From positions 117,807 to 181,806 of the forward strand of contig JAYQSH010000003.1 of the NCBI GenBank assembly GCA_038146805.1: a stretch of DNA of 64,000 nt, given 5' to 3'. Each line of letters starts with the position of its first letter. Positions within the stretch are counted from its first letter, which is position 1. This DNA is from a bacterium. Its GTDB lineage: Bacteria > Cyanobacteriota > Vampirovibrionia > LMEP-6097. The notes beneath the pieces are model-generated. The model saw only the letters and a list, made by a program, of their open reading frames with translations. It made no database searches and was not told the DNA's origin. Both the position numbers and the translations under genes were made by a program. This document shows, one piece after another, positions 28,914-39,714 of this stretch.

Positions 28914-30791
28914 ATGCTGGAAATTCTCAAAAAAGAAATTTTTGACGTTAATTTAGATCAAGAAACTCACCAAAATCTTATTGAAAGTTTCAAAAAAGAC
29001 TATTTTGGCACTTGGGCTCAGTTAGCTCGCCAAGAACTTTATTGGCAAGAAGATTTTGAGACTGCTTACGAACAAAAAAACTTTCCCTTTAATAAATGGT
29101 TTTTAGGTGGCAAAACCAATTTATCTTACAACTGTTTAGACCAGCACTCAAATGTCAAAAAAGACAAAATAGCCTTTACTTTTGTTAATTCACAACAAGA
29201 AACCCAAACTATTAGTTTTGGCGAATTACACAAAAAAGTTATCCAGTTTGCTAGCTACCTAAAAAAACTTGGAGTTAAAAAAGGTAACATTATTACTCTC
29301 TATATGCCGCTAAGTATAGAAGCAATTATTGCCATGCTCGCAATAGTTAGAATAGGGGCAATTCACAGCATTGTTTTTGCTGGGTTTTCGGCAACTGCAC
29401 TTGCACAAAGAATCGAAGATACCAAAAGTGATTTTTTAATAACAGCAGATAAAGGTTATCGCAAAGGTAAAGAACTAGAATTACTGAAAACGGCTCTAGA
29501 AGCTCATAAACTCTTTAATTTCAAAAACATTATTCTATACAATCGCTCAAAAAGTTTTAATTTCAATTCTATAGAAACCCAAAATGCTTTTTTGATTTTT
29601 GATTTTGACGATTACAAAAAAGAAAGCTCAGAAAATGATCCGATACAATGGCTAGATTCAGAAGACCCTTGCTTTATTTTGTACACAAGTGGCAGTACCG
29701 GAAAGCCAAAAGGTTTACTACACACAACAGCAGGTTATGCACTTTGGGCAAAACTTACAACAAAGTGGGTTTTCGACATCAAAGATAGTGATCAATATTG
29801 GTGTACAGCAGACATTGGCTGGATTACAGGTCATAGTTATTTGGTTTATGGACCCTTATTAAATGGTACAAGTTCTTTTTTTTATGAAGATGCACCAGAC
29901 TTTCCACATAAAAATATTTTTTGGGACTTAATTGAAAAACATAAAATTTCAATTTTTTATACTGCACCAACAGCCATTCGCACTTTTATGAAATGGCAGG
30001 CACAAGAAGCAATCACTGCAAACTTAGATTCATTGAGATTACTTGGTAGTGTGGGTGAACCCATAAACCCAAAAGCTTGGCAATGGTTTTATGAAGAAAT
30101 TGGTCAAAGCAGATGTCCTATTGTAGATACTTGGTGGCAAACTGAAACTGGTGGCATTATGATTACAAGCCTTGTAGGGATTGATGATATGAAACCCGGT
30201 AAAGCTGGTAAAGCGCTACCTGGAATTACAAGTTTTATTGATGAGGACAAGTTCTTGTATATCAACAAACCCTTTCCCAGTTTAGCTAGAACAATTTATA
30301 ATGATGATGAAAAATACAAAAGTAATTATTGGCAAAATAAATACAATGCATACAAAGCCGGTGACTCAGCCTTAGTTGATGCAGATGGATATATTGAAAT
30401 TCAAGGCAGGATTGATGATGTCTTAAATGTTTCAGGACATAGACTAGGCACTGCTGAAATCGAATCAGCCATTATCAAAACAGCGAATATTTCTGAAGCT
30501 GCAGTTGTTTCACGTAAAGATGAAATTACAGGAGAAGCAATCATTGTCTTTGCAGTAGGCAACTCTGAAGCAAAAAAAGAAGATATAGAAAAACAAATAA
30601 AACAAGATATAGGTTCTTTTGCAAAGCCTAAAGAAATTCATATTTGTTCAGCATTACCTAAAACTCGCTCAGGCAAGATCATGAGACGTTTACTAAAAGA
30701 TCTAGCAAATGGTAACTTGCCAAAAGGTGATATTAGTACCTTAGAAGACGCGAACGTAATCAAAGCTTTAACTAAACTTTTGCATAATTAG
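28914..30791 (+). CDS. acs: acetyl-CoA synthetase (start moved to [11 protein letters not shown])
   Basis: [43 protein letters not shown]. Confidence 0.9.
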   Translation: MLEILKKEIFDVNLDQETHQNLIESFKKDYFGTWAQLARQELYWQEDFETAYEQKNFPFNKWFLGGKTNLSYNCLDQHSNVKKDKIAFTFVNSQQETQTISFGELHKKVIQFASYLKKLGVKKGNIITLYMPLSIEAIIAMLAIVRIGAIHSIVFAGFSATALAQRIEDTKSDFLITADKGYRKGKELELLKTALEAHKLFNFKNIILYNRSKSFNFNSIETQNAFLIFDFDDYKKESSENDPIQWLDSEDPCFILYTSGSTGKPKGLLHTTAGYALWAKLTTKWVFDIKDSDQYWCTADIGWITGHSYLVYGPLLNGTSSFFYEDAPDFPHKNIFWDLIEKHKISIFYTAPTAIRTFMKWQAQEAITANLDSLRLLGSVGEPINPKAWQWFYEEIGQSRCPIVDTWWQTETGGIMITSLVGIDDMKPGKAGKALPGITSFIDEDKFLYINKPFPSLARTIYNDDEKYKSNYWQNKYNAYKAGDSALVDADGYIEIQGRIDDVLNVSGHRLGTAEIESAIIKTANISEAAVVSRKDEITGEAIIVFAVGNSEAKKEDIEKQIKQDIGSFAKPKEIHICSALPKTRSGKIMRRLLKDLANGNLPKGDISTLEDANVIKALTKLLHN

Positions 30792-32067
30792 CTTGAGTAT
30801 ACAATGGATACTTTGCAGTAAGAGCTTTAACTTCAGCTAAAATAGTTTTTTCTAATTCTGAATCAATTTGCGAATTACCATCAGCATCTTTATTTTTTTC
30901 AAGTGCATTAATAACCATACTAATCAGCTCGGCGACTTTGATTGCATCTACTTCTAAAAATCCTCTTGTTGTAATAGCAGGCGTACCAATACGAATACCA
31001 CTTGTTACAAAAGGACTTTTTGGATCATTCGGTACACTGTTTTTATTAACGGTGATTTTAAGTTCATCGAGAACGTTTGCAACAAGTTTACCTGTTAAGC
31101 CTTTTGCTGTTAAATCTAACAAAAGCAAATGATTTTCTGTACCATTAGAAACCATATTAATGCCATGTTTTAAAAACTCTTGAGCCATTGCCTGAGAATT
31201 TTTCACAATTTGTTTTTGATAATTTTTAAACTCTGGTTGTAATGCTTCAAAAAATGCAACCGCCTTAGCCGCAATAATATGCATCAAGGGACCACCTTGT
31301 GAACCCGGAAAAATTCCAGAATTAAATTTTTTGGTCATATCTTCTGAATTCCACAAGATCACTCCACCACGAGGGCCTCTAAGTGTTTTATGAGTTGTAC
31401 TAGTTACAACATCAGCATGTGGAAACGGACTTGGATGCTCTCCTGTCGCAATCAAACCGGCTATATGAGCCATATCTACCATAAAGTAAGCACCAACCTT
31501 ATCTGCGATAGCTTTGAACTTTGCAAAATCAATCTGACGAGGGTAAGCTGAAGCACCTGCAATAATTAATTTTGGTTTTTCTGCAAGAGCAATTTTCTCA
31601 ATTTCTTCGTAATTTAAAAAACCATTTTCATCAACGCCATAACTCAAAGCCTGAAACCATTTACCTGAAAGATTCACTGGCGAACCATGAGTCAGATGAC
31701 CACCTGCTTCAAGACTCATTCCCAGAAATTTATCACCCGGTTCAAGCAAGGCTAAAAATACAGCCGTATTTGCATTAGCACCAGAATGAGGTTGAACGTT
31801 TGCAAAATTACAAGAAAATAATTGACATAATCTTGAAATTGCCAAATTTTCAATTGCATCATGGTATTCACATCCATTGTAATAACGTTTACTTGGATAA
31901 CCTTCTGCGTATTTATTAGTCAAACAAGAGCCAGCGGCACTTAAAACAGCCTCGCTAACAAAATTTTCACTGGCAATAAGCTCTATATTATCTTTCTGTC
32001 GATTTAATTCTTTTTGCATTAAATCTTCTACTTGCTCATCTCTTTGTTTAATAAAAAAATCTGACAT
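30772..32067 (-). CDS. glyA: serine hydroxymethyltransferase
   Basis: [19 protein letters not shown]. Confidence 0.95.
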   Translation of the reverse strand: MSDFFIKQRDEQVEDLMQKELNRQKDNIELIASENFVSEAVLSAAGSCLTNKYAEGYPSKRYYNGCEYHDAIENLAISRLCQLFSCNFANVQPHSGANANTAVFLALLEPGDKFLGMSLEAGGHLTHGSPVNLSGKWFQALSYGVDENGFLNYEEIEKIALAEKPKLIIAGASAYPRQIDFAKFKAIADKVGAYFMVDMAHIAGLIATGEHPSPFPHADVVTSTTHKTLRGPRGGVILWNSEDMTKKFNSGIFPGSQGGPLMHIIAAKAVAFFEALQPEFKNYQKQIVKNSQAMAQEFLKHGINMVSNGTENHLLLLDLTAKGLTGKLVANVLDELKITVNKNSVPNDPKSPFVTSGIRIGTPAITTRGFLEVDAIKVAELISMVINALEKNKDADGNSQIDSELEKTILAEVKALTAKYPLYTQANYAKV

Positions 32068-32228
32068 ACAGTTATTTTAATGCATTTCTAAGGCATTCGC
32101 CAAAAAACAAAGAATTGATCTACTGCAAATCTGACAAAAATAGGTAACTTAGACTATTTAGAAGCATATAGTCTAAAGCTTCTAGGGGAGTTAATCGATC
32201 AAATAACTTACGTATAAATTAATTACTT

Positions 32229-32846
32229 ATGTCACAAGCCGATTTATTCCCCAAATTAAGCAAAAACAAAAGAATTGCTGAAACTAGTACTGAAGATAGT
32301 ACTGCAGAAGCAATTAAAATACTTAGTGAACAAATTATTGAAATTCGAGACATTATTTTTGAGCAACATAGCGTGATCAAAGAATTAACAGGAACGATTA
32401 CAATTCTTAAAGAAAAACAAAAAGAAAATTCTCAAAATTTAGAACTTACTCACATTGACCAAAGAGATTTAGCCAAACAAGTAAGAATTTTAAAAGCTAA
32501 TCAAGAAGCTAATGATTTCACTCAACAAAAAATTGTACAAAGAAAAACAAGTCAAGAAGTACACAGAGATAAAGATATTGAAGAGCTATTTTATAAAAAC
32601 GCAAAAAATAGCACTGTAATGAAAAACTCACAAGCTAGTGAAGCTATCAAAAAAACTCTTGCTGAATTAAAAAAACTAGAAAAACCAAAACAAAAAATCA
32701 TTGACCAAAGGGCGCGCGCGCAAACTACACGCACTCAAGCAAGTCAAGAAGATCAAAAAAAAGCTAAGTTGATCAAAAAAATGGTTTTTGGTAAAACTTC
32801 AAAACTGATTAAGGGCGAGTCTTTAAATTTGGGCCAAACCCGTTAA
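32229..32846 (+). CDS. hypothetical coiled-coil, K/Q-rich protein
   Basis: ORF only; no recognisable motif. Confidence 0.4.
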   Translation: MSQADLFPKLSKNKRIAETSTEDSTAEAIKILSEQIIEIRDIIFEQHSVIKELTGTITILKEKQKENSQNLELTHIDQRDLAKQVRILKANQEANDFTQQKIVQRKTSQEVHRDKDIEELFYKNAKNSTVMKNSQASEAIKKTLAELKKLEKPKQKIIDQRARAQTTRTQASQEDQKKAKLIKKMVFGKTSKLIKGESLNLGQTR

Positions 32847-32990
32847 TAAGAATCACCGAGTCTTTAGAGTTTCACGCAGGGAAATAAGTAGGGACCCCAT
32901 TTTGTGATTTTAACATTTCACTGCCTAACCCAAAAAGAATCAAACACCGTCGCTTAGTGAGTTTCACGCAGTGAAACAAGCTAAGCGTAA
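32847..32990. repeat. two copies of a ~45-bp unit containing GAGTTTCACGCAG; the second forms a 37-nt hairpin
   Basis: AAGAATCA..CCG..GTC..TTAG..GAGTTTCACGCAG.GAAA.AAG occurs at ~32849 and ~32935. Hairpin CGCTTAG-TGA-GTTTCAC-GCA-GTGAAAC-AAG-CTAAGCG spans 32951-32987. Confidence 0.7.
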
Positions 32991-33094
32991 GGTGGTTTTT
33001 TTAACCCTAATTAAAGAATAAAACTTAGCTCAGGAACTGGATACTAGCTATAAGACACTCAAAAGCTTTTTTTCTCAAAGTTTGTTAACAACAG

Positions 33095-33673
33095 CTAGTA
33101 AATAAGAATTCGCTTTGGACTAAGCCACGGATCAATATCCTTTTTTTTAAATAAAGAAGATAGAAAACCTTTTTTTATATCTGAGCTATTTTCTAAATAT
33201 AAGTCCTTTGTTATTGCAATTAGTTTTTTAGTATTGTTTGCAAAAGTGAACTCTAAAAAAAACTGAGAATCATTATTAGCATTAGCAAAAACATCTTTTT
33301 GCAAAAAAGTAAAATTGAAATATTCCTTATTCATCAAATTATTTGATGATTTTATAGGGGATATTACAAACGGCTTTTTTTCTTGTTGCTTTAATCCCCA
33401 TAAACTTTTTTCATAGTTTGCTATAACAAAGTTTATGTTCTTAAGTTCTTGATTGTCAAAAGAATTTTTATTGATTTTTATTGTTAAATACTGAGAATTG
33501 TGCGCAATATCAATTAAAGCGATAATCTTATAAAGACCTTCATAGGCTTGAAAAAACCTTTCAATATAAACTTCTTGTTTTAATTTACTTTGATCAAAAA
33601 AATGTTTTTTTTTAGCAAAAACTAGTACCGGGGAAAACAAAAAAACAAAAAATATTAATATCAACTGCGGCAT
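33095..33673 (-). CDS. hypothetical secreted protein
   Basis: Signal peptide MPQLILIFFVFLFSPVLVFA. N/K-rich mature part. Confidence 0.45.
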   Translation of the reverse strand: MPQLILIFFVFLFSPVLVFAKKKHFFDQSKLKQEVYIERFFQAYEGLYKIIALIDIAHNSQYLTIKINKNSFDNQELKNINFVIANYEKSLWGLKQQEKKPFVISPIKSSNNLMNKEYFNFTFLQKDVFANANNDSQFFLEFTFANNTKKLIAITKDLYLENSSDIKKGFLSSLFKKKDIDPWLSPKRILIY

Positions 33674-33801
33674 AGAACAAGAACAACAAGAATATAAAAT
33701 AGCTAAAAAAAAAGGTCAATAAAGCAAAAATTAATAAATTCTAGATTTGTTTTTAAAACAAGGCTTGCAAAACTCTTATAATAAAGACTAAAATAGTCAC
33801 T

Positions 33802-34170
33802 GTGACTTATAAAGAAGAAGCGCAAGAAAAATATAGAGAGACCCCATGGGGTACTTGGACAGTTTTAGATGATAAAGATGATTTTAAAGTAAAAAAAATT
33901 ATCATAAAACCTCAGCAAAGATTAAGTTATCAAAGACATCTCAAAAGACAAGAAAATTGGTTTATCGTAAAGGGCAAAGCTGAAGTAACTTTAAATGACG
34001 ATACAAAATTTCTTTCAGAAGGTGATTTTATTTATATACCTTTTGCAGCAAAACATCGAATTGCTAATAGTTCAACAAGCGAAGACTTAGTATTTATTGA
34101 AATCCAAAGAGGCAGTTACTTTGGCGAAGATGATATTGAGCGCTTTGCTGATGATTACGGTCGTAATTAA
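33802..34170 (+). CDS. cupin-domain protein (mannose-6-phosphate isomerase type II C-terminal-domain-like)
   Basis: PWGTWTVL...KVKKIIIKPQQRLSYQRHLKRQENWFIVKGKA. GTG start. Confidence 0.65.
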   Translation: MTYKEEAQEKYRETPWGTWTVLDDKDDFKVKKIIIKPQQRLSYQRHLKRQENWFIVKGKAEVTLNDDTKFLSEGDFIYIPFAAKHRIANSSTSEDLVFIEIQRGSYFGEDDIERFADDYGRN

Positions 34171-34219
34171 CAAGTTGTTAAAGAGACAATAAAAATTGAG
34201 ACGCTTATAAATTTAATTT

Positions 34220-34912
34220 TTAATTGATTGTATAGGACTTAGTCTGCAACAAATCTTTTTCTTCGATATCATTTGCTTTTAGTTTTTGCGTATCAATATT
34301 CTCAAAAATATTTTCTGGGAAACTAAAAAACAAATTTGAAAAACCCTCATAAGAATTACTATGACTAGCTTCTTTAATAAAAGAAGTCTGAGTAAAAGCA
34401 AAAATATCTTGCATGATATTTTCTAGAGAGTCGCGCATAAAATGATCTTCTTGTTTAATATGCTCATCACAAATTGGAGTAACAACAGCATCCACATTTA
34501 AGAACTGTTGAAAATGGGCTAGTCTATGTTTTTTGCTATCCAAAAATTCCAGATAGAGAATTCTGTTTTCATTAAAATTTTGCAGATCTATACTAATTAG
34601 CTTGTGTTTTAAATTTTTTCTTTTTAGATTGATACTAGAACTATAGTGTTGAATTTTATTATTGTTTTCATCAAAAGAATAGCTTATCAATTGGATTTTT
34701 TTGTGTCGCTTATATAAATTTTTCAAATTTAAAACTAAATCAAGTTTTAAATTGCCTAATTTATCGTGAGAGGCAAAGTCTTTTTCTAATAAAAAAACAT
34801 CAAAAGCATTGTTTTCGCTCAAGAGTTTTTGCATTTTTGTGCCACTAGCAAATACCGCATTAGAAAAAAAACAAAGCAAAAATACAAGATAGAAATTGAT
34901 ATTTTTGATCAT
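34220..34912 (-). CDS. hypothetical secreted protein
   Basis: Signal peptide MIKNINFYLVFLLCFFSNAVFA. Confidence 0.45.
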   Translation of the reverse strand: MIKNINFYLVFLLCFFSNAVFASGTKMQKLLSENNAFDVFLLEKDFASHDKLGNLKLDLVLNLKNLYKRHKKIQLISYSFDENNNKIQHYSSSINLKRKNLKHKLISIDLQNFNENRILYLEFLDSKKHRLAHFQQFLNVDAVVTPICDEHIKQEDHFMRDSLENIMQDIFAFTQTSFIKEASHSNSYEGFSNLFFSFPENIFENIDTQKLKANDIEEKDLLQTKSYTIN

Positions 34913-34997
34913 TAGTTACATTATTCCAAGACGAAAAACAAAAAAAACTGTTTCAAAGCTCAGTCATATAGCTTAAAATTTAACAAAATCGCCAAAA

Positions 34998-35030
34998 TGG
35001 GACACTTCGGACCGTGTTCATTTTGTCTCA
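34998..35030. repeat. solo copy (inverted orientation) of the 31-33 bp repeat
   Basis: TGGGACACTTCGGACCGTGTTCATTTTGTCTCA is the exact reverse complement of 14128-14160. Confidence 0.9.
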
Positions 35031-35059
35031 TAGTTCAGCAAATCTAATTAGATAAAATT

Positions 35060-36373
35060 GGCTCTACCTCAAATTTGTGTAAAATAGGGAACTAAAAAAT
35101 AAGTGAAACTCTTTTATTAATTGAGATACAGAAGGAGTTTCACTTATGAAAAGTATAGTTCAAAATTAATAAATTTACCAGGGTATGTCATTACAAATGA
35201 TTCAATTGATGGATATCGGCTCAATTTTGACGTAAAAATCAAGCAAAAGCATGGTTTTTGCCCTAAATGTAGGGCTAAAACTAAGACTGTCTATGAAAAG
35301 AATTAGAAAAATAAACCATAACTTTTGGGATCATAGACCCTGCAAATTAAAAGTTTTGGTTAGAAAATTTCGCTGCAAAAACTGTAAAACAAGATTTTGG
35401 GAACAACTACCAGGTCTTAAAAAATACGCAAGAAGAACAGAAGCTTTTAAAAGACAAATAGCAAAGGAAGCTCTTGCTGGTGTTAATAATAAATCAGTTT
35501 CTAGAAAATATAATGTTGGGCAAGCAACTGTTCAAAGAGATGTTAATCACTACACTGACCTTGAACTAAGAAAAAAATCTGATGTACTTGCTCCTAGAAT
35601 CCTTGGCATCGATGAACACTTCTTCACGAAGAAGCAAGGCTACGTTACTACACTCTGTGACCTTCAAAGAAGAAAAGTATTTGATATTGTTCAAGGACGC
35701 TCGGAACAAGCCCTAGAAGGCTATCTGAGACGATTGAAATATAGAGATAGAACTGATTACGTAGTAATGGATCTTTCTTCAACTTACCGCTCAATTGTTC
35801 AAAAATACTTCCCTAATGCTCAAATAATTACTGATAGATTTCATGTAATTAGATTAGTAATTTTAAGATTTCTTGCAACCTGGAAACTCTTAGACTCCAA
35901 AGGAAGAGACAACAGAGGCTTACTCTCACTCTTTAGAAGACACCCTTCTAAATTAACTGAAGAACAACACAAAAACTTCACCGCTATCTTCAGTCAAAAC
36001 CTGGTCTAGAAGCTTTGTATAAGTTTAAAAATAGATTTGTAAAGCTCTTGAATTTAAAAGAAATGAAGTTTAGATATGCAAGGAAAGTGATTGGCTATTT
36101 TAATACTCTTACTCACTTTTTAAACAAGTCAAAATTCAAGCCTCTGATGTCATTAGCAAAGACTTTAGAGAATTGGCAGGAGGAGATATTGAGGATGATG
36201 AGATATACTAAATCCAACGGAATTACAGAAGGATTTCACAACAAAATGAAGCGAATCATCAGAATCGCTTACGGATTTAGAAACTTTAAAAATTACAGAC
36301 AGAGGGTTTTGTTACAATGCGGATAAACGGAAGAGTTTCACTTCCTAAAATTACACAAAATTGGTGTACATCC
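35060..36373 (+). mobile_element. ISL3-family insertion sequence, ~1.3 kb, decayed
   Basis: Imperfect terminal IRs GGCTCTACCTCAAATTTGTGTAAAAT and GGATGTACACCAATTTTGTGTAATTT (19/26 identical). Flanking direct repeat GATAAAATTGG on both sides (35051-35061 and 36374-36384), consistent with an ~8-bp target duplication. Confidence 0.8.
35121..36326 (+). pseudogene. ISL3-family transposase broken into three ORFs by two single-base frame changes
   Basis: Zinc-finger CPKCRAKTKTVYEK / RKFRCKNCKTRF, DDE region ILGIDEHFF...VVMDLS...ITDRFHVIRL, C-terminal GITEGFHNKMKRIIRIAYGFRNF. Frame changes fall in A-runs at ~35297-35301 and ~35971-35976. Confidence 0.8.
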
Positions 36374-36440
36374 GATAAAATTGGGTTGGAATCAGCCATC
36401 ATTTGAACTTCTGTAAACATTAGTTCTCTATAACTATAAA

Positions 36441-36472
36441 AAAAAAGACCTCCTTTACAGAAGGTCTTTTTC
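36441..36472 (-). terminator. rho-independent terminator downstream of tRNA-Asp
   Basis: Stem AAGACCT/AGGTCTT. A T9 run follows it on the minus strand. Confidence 0.6.
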
Positions 36473-36482
36473 TTGTTAATAA

Positions 36483-36559
36483 TGGCGGAGACGAAGGGAC
36501 TCGAACCCTCGGCCCCCTGCGTGACAGACAGGTGCTCTAACCAGCTGAGCTACGCCTCC
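36483..36559 (-). tRNA. tRNA-Asp (GTC)
   Basis: Reverse complement reads GGAGGCG-TA-GCTC-AGCTGGTTA-GAGC-A-CCTGT-CTGTCAC-GCAGG-GGGCC-GAGGG-TTCGAGT-CCCTT-CGTCTCC-G-CCA. Confidence 0.9.
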
Positions 36560-36731
36560 GCAACTTCCCAAATTTTTTAGAGCATTGGGAACTGCTCCGC
36601 TCAATCATCCTCATTCAGCTAGGCTGAAAAACAATGAAATTAAGCTAGTTTTTGTAAATTCACTACTTACAAAAATTAACTTTGCGGATAAAATACTAGC
36701 ATAACTCATTAAAAGTACAAACTAAAAAAAA

Positions 36732-37811
36732 TTGAAAAAAGCTAGTATTAATATTAAAAAAATCATTTGTCTTCTCTTAGTAAGCTTAATATATATTTAC
36801 AACAGCGTTTATCCTTGCCTTGCTCAAGATACTATCTACAAAGCAAAGGTCAGTGATTCCAACTTAAAAGAACTATTTTTAAAACTGGTGCCAGATACTT
36901 TAATCGATACCGATTTAAGTATGCCCGGTGATTTTTTTAGTGTCATGGTTACAAAACCAAGTGCACAACTATTACAAATACCAACGGGTTCGAGATTGAT
37001 CGGAAAAGTTACAGAAATAGAAGAAGCCAAATCATTTAATCGTGGTGCAAAATTAAAATCAGAAATTGATCAAATCATGTTACCTAATGGTCACCTTGTC
37101 AAAGCTCATGCAATTCTTTCAGCAGAAGCCGCTATGCAAAATATGGACAAACCATCAAGTACAAAAAAAATTCTGAACGCAATAACTAAAAACTCAAAAG
37201 AAATTACAGCAAGCGCTCTTGTTGGTGCCGTTGATTCGCTTGAATATCTTGGAATCAATACTGCTATTGCCAGTTCTGGAATTTCAACTGCCATTGGAGC
37301 AGGAATTGGCTTTGGAATGGGTTTATATGGTGCTTTCACACAAGAAGGTCAAGAACTGAATTACAACCAATTCAATGCTATGAGTTTTAAACTTGAATCT
37401 GAATTTGAATTACTTGAGGAACTGCCATACTCACAAACAGAATTAGAAGACCTAATTGATATTTCTATTTTAGGTATCGACCTTGATATCACAAAAGTCC
37501 AAAAACATTTTTCAAGACAATACGGAGATTTTTTACTTATTAAAATGCAAGTAAAAAATCATAGTCAAGAAAAACTTTGTCTGGGAGATTTTGTTCTTGC
37601 TTCTGACCTACATATCAAACCAGTTTTAGCAAACCCTCTACTTAGTGCTCAAAGTATTCTGAGCATCATGCCAAATACTGAAACTGAAGTCACTCTAGCT
37701 TTTAGTCTTAGTAAATTCAAAAAGAATGAAAACTATAAAATCTATTTACTAAATGCAATTGACCAAACAATTATGGCAAATACAAATATTGAAATTGCTG
37801 AATTTATTTAA
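36732..37811 (+). CDS. hypothetical secreted protein with a glycine-zipper segment and an Ig-like (DUF4352-like) C-terminus
   Basis: Signal peptide, GISTAIGAGIGFGMGLYGAF, and C-terminal FLLIKMQVKNHSQEKLCLGDFVL. TTG start. Confidence 0.45.
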   Translation: MKKASINIKKIICLLLVSLIYIYNSVYPCLAQDTIYKAKVSDSNLKELFLKLVPDTLIDTDLSMPGDFFSVMVTKPSAQLLQIPTGSRLIGKVTEIEEAKSFNRGAKLKSEIDQIMLPNGHLVKAHAILSAEAAMQNMDKPSSTKKILNAITKNSKEITASALVGAVDSLEYLGINTAIASSGISTAIGAGIGFGMGLYGAFTQEGQELNYNQFNAMSFKLESEFELLEELPYSQTELEDLIDISILGIDLDITKVQKHFSRQYGDFLLIKMQVKNHSQEKLCLGDFVLASDLHIKPVLANPLLSAQSILSIMPNTETEVTLAFSLSKFKKNENYKIYLLNAIDQTIMANTNIEIAEFI

Positions 37812-37823
37812 TCACATTCGCAG

Positions 37824-38855
37824 TTACAAATTAAGCTCTAAAATATTTTCAATTTCTTTTTTTGCTTCATCGAAACTCTCAATTTGATTGATCTTCACCC
37901 TTAAATTAGAAGCACCACGCAAACCACTAATATAGTTATTAATATGACGTCGACTTTCTCTAATACCTATAAATTCACCTTTGTACTTTACTAAAAGCTC
38001 GCAATGTAACAAAGCCAAATTTAATTTTTCTTCTAAGGATGGTTCAGGTAAAATTTCTTGTGTTTCTAAATAATGACTTACCTGTTTAGAAAACCATGGT
38101 TTACCCATTGTGCCACGGGCAATGGCAATACCATAAGCACCTGTAATTTGATAGATTTTTTTTGCATCTTCTAGTGTCTTCACATCTCCATTAGCAAAAA
38201 CGGGTATTTGCACAGCATCCACAACTTCTTTTATCAAATGCCAATTTGCAGTACCTTGATACTTTTGCGCACGAGTTCTTCCATGAATTGTCAAAGCCGC
38301 AATTCCTAATTTTTCCAATTCAACACAAAGCTCAACAGCATTCAAACTTTCTTCGCACCAACCAAGGCGAGTTTTTACAGTAACTGGTAAATGAGTTGCT
38401 TTTTTCACACTTGCTACTATTTCACAAGCCAGATCTGGCTCTTTCATTAATGCAGCGCCATCTCTACCATTAACAATTTTTGCAACCGGACATCCCATAT
38501 TGATATCAATAAAATTTGCTCCAAGATCAGTTGCAATTGCAGCAGCTTCAGCCATAACCTTAACTTCATGACCAAAAATTTGTACTCCAGTGAGTTGATC
38601 ATTTTCCGGGATTGTCAAACGTTTAGCATGATGATGATCTTTTTTATTTATGTGTGCATATGTCAAAGATTTTGAACTTAGCATTTCCGTTGCAAGCACC
38701 ACGTTTTCATCCATCTTTCGACATAAAGTTCTATAGGCAATATCAGTAACACCAGCCATTGGCGGAATATAGACCAAAGTCTTTTTATTCAAAAAATGTT
38801 TTTTACGTTTTTCAAGCGCCAGCATAAGCAAGCTCCAAGTTTTGTAATTTATCAA
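37824..38855 (-). CDS. dusB: tRNA-dihydrouridine synthase (start may be the downstream Met at 38825)
   Basis: PPMAGVTDIAYRTLCRKM, DINMGCPV, LTIHGRT. Confidence 0.85.
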   Translation of the reverse strand: MINYKTWSLLMLALEKRKKHFLNKKTLVYIPPMAGVTDIAYRTLCRKMDENVVLATEMLSSKSLTYAHINKKDHHHAKRLTIPENDQLTGVQIFGHEVKVMAEAAAIATDLGANFIDINMGCPVAKIVNGRDGAALMKEPDLACEIVASVKKATHLPVTVKTRLGWCEESLNAVELCVELEKLGIAALTIHGRTRAQKYQGTANWHLIKEVVDAVQIPVFANGDVKTLEDAKKIYQITGAYGIAIARGTMGKPWFSKQVSHYLETQEILPEPSLEEKLNLALLHCELLVKYKGEFIGIRESRRHINNYISGLRGASNLRVKINQIESFDEAKKEIENILELNL

Positions 38856-39714
38856 AAGCAGTTTTTAGAGCTAATTTAACTTTGACAAAGCTCTTGATAT
38901 CATAAATCAACTCTTCAATCAGCCTAATAGCCTGTGACTCCAAGATCCCGATATTGATATTTGATGCAATTTCTTTTTCTAGTAAAGAAAAAGCCTCGAT
39001 AAGATCATCTCTTTCTATTTGTGCAAGTTCTTCAACAAAAACAATTCTCGCCAATTCATTACTAGCCTGCGCTGACTCTAAAAACTGGATAATTTTTTGC
39101 TTTAAATCAAAAACCTCTTCTTTTATATCACCTTGCTCACCGGGCAAAAAGTTAACACTTTGACATCTACTAACAATTGTTGATAAAACATTTTGCTTAG
39201 CATCTGCAAAAAACAAAAACATAGTATTTGCCTTAGCTTCTTCTATTGTCTTTAAAAGTGCAGCTGAAGAATGCTTATTAAGAGATTGAAAAGAAGCTTC
39301 TTTAAAAATCACCACGCGAAAATACTCAGAACTTTGACTTAATTCTTCTTGTAATTTTCTCACTACCTCTATTTGAATTATTTTTTTTGCTCCACTCGTT
39401 TCAACAAAAATTGGAGTGACAGCGTGACTATTTTCATTAATCCATAAACAATTTTGGCAAGTTTCACAAGCCATTTGGTAATGAGTTTCTGGTTTTACAA
39501 ATAAGGAATTTTGATTTTGATCACAATATAATCGTTCTTGCCAGACACTTTTATTTTGCTGACAATTTAAAATTTTTGTAATTGCTAAAGCAAAATCTAA
39601 TTTATCTGCCAAATTATCACCTAAAAATAAATAAGACCTAGAGAGTTTTTTTGTACTAAAAACTTTGGAAAAAAATTCTTCGGCTATAATTTGTTTTGTA
39701 TTTGCAAAAAACAT
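38812..39714 (-). CDS. holB: DNA polymerase III delta-prime subunit-like
   Basis: SYLFLGDN...AITKILNC and a Cys cluster CETCQNC...NSHAVTPIF. AAA+ clamp-loader layout with a degenerate P-loop. Confidence 0.55.
   Translation of the reverse strand: MFFANTKQIIAEEFFSKVFSTKKLSRSYLFLGDNLADKLDFALAITKILNCQQNKSVWQERLYCDQNQNSLFVKPETHYQMACETCQNCLWINENSHAVTPIFVETSGAKKIIQIEVVRKLQEELSQSSEYFRVVIFKEASFQSLNKHSSAALLKTIEEAKANTMFLFFADAKQNVLSTIVSRCQSVNFLPGEQGDIKEEVFDLKQKIIQFLESAQASNELARIVFVEELAQIERDDLIEAFSLLEKEIASNINIGILESQAIRLIEELIYDIKSFVKVKLALKTAFDKLQNLELAYAGA

Noticed and set aside
32150-32184. Interleaved inverted repeats upstream of glyA with pseudoknot topology (TAGACTAT..TAGAAGC..ATAGTCTA..GCTTCTA)
   Set aside because: Connecting loops of 1-2 nt cannot span 7-8 bp stems, so a true H-type pseudoknot is sterically implausible. 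The segment is AT-rich and matches no riboswitch consensus I know. At most it forms mutually exclusive hairpins.
36374-36559. tRNA-Asp as the attachment site of an integrated island
   Set aside because: No integrase is present, and I could find no direct repeat of the tRNA 3' end in the window. Only the weaker islet observation is kept.
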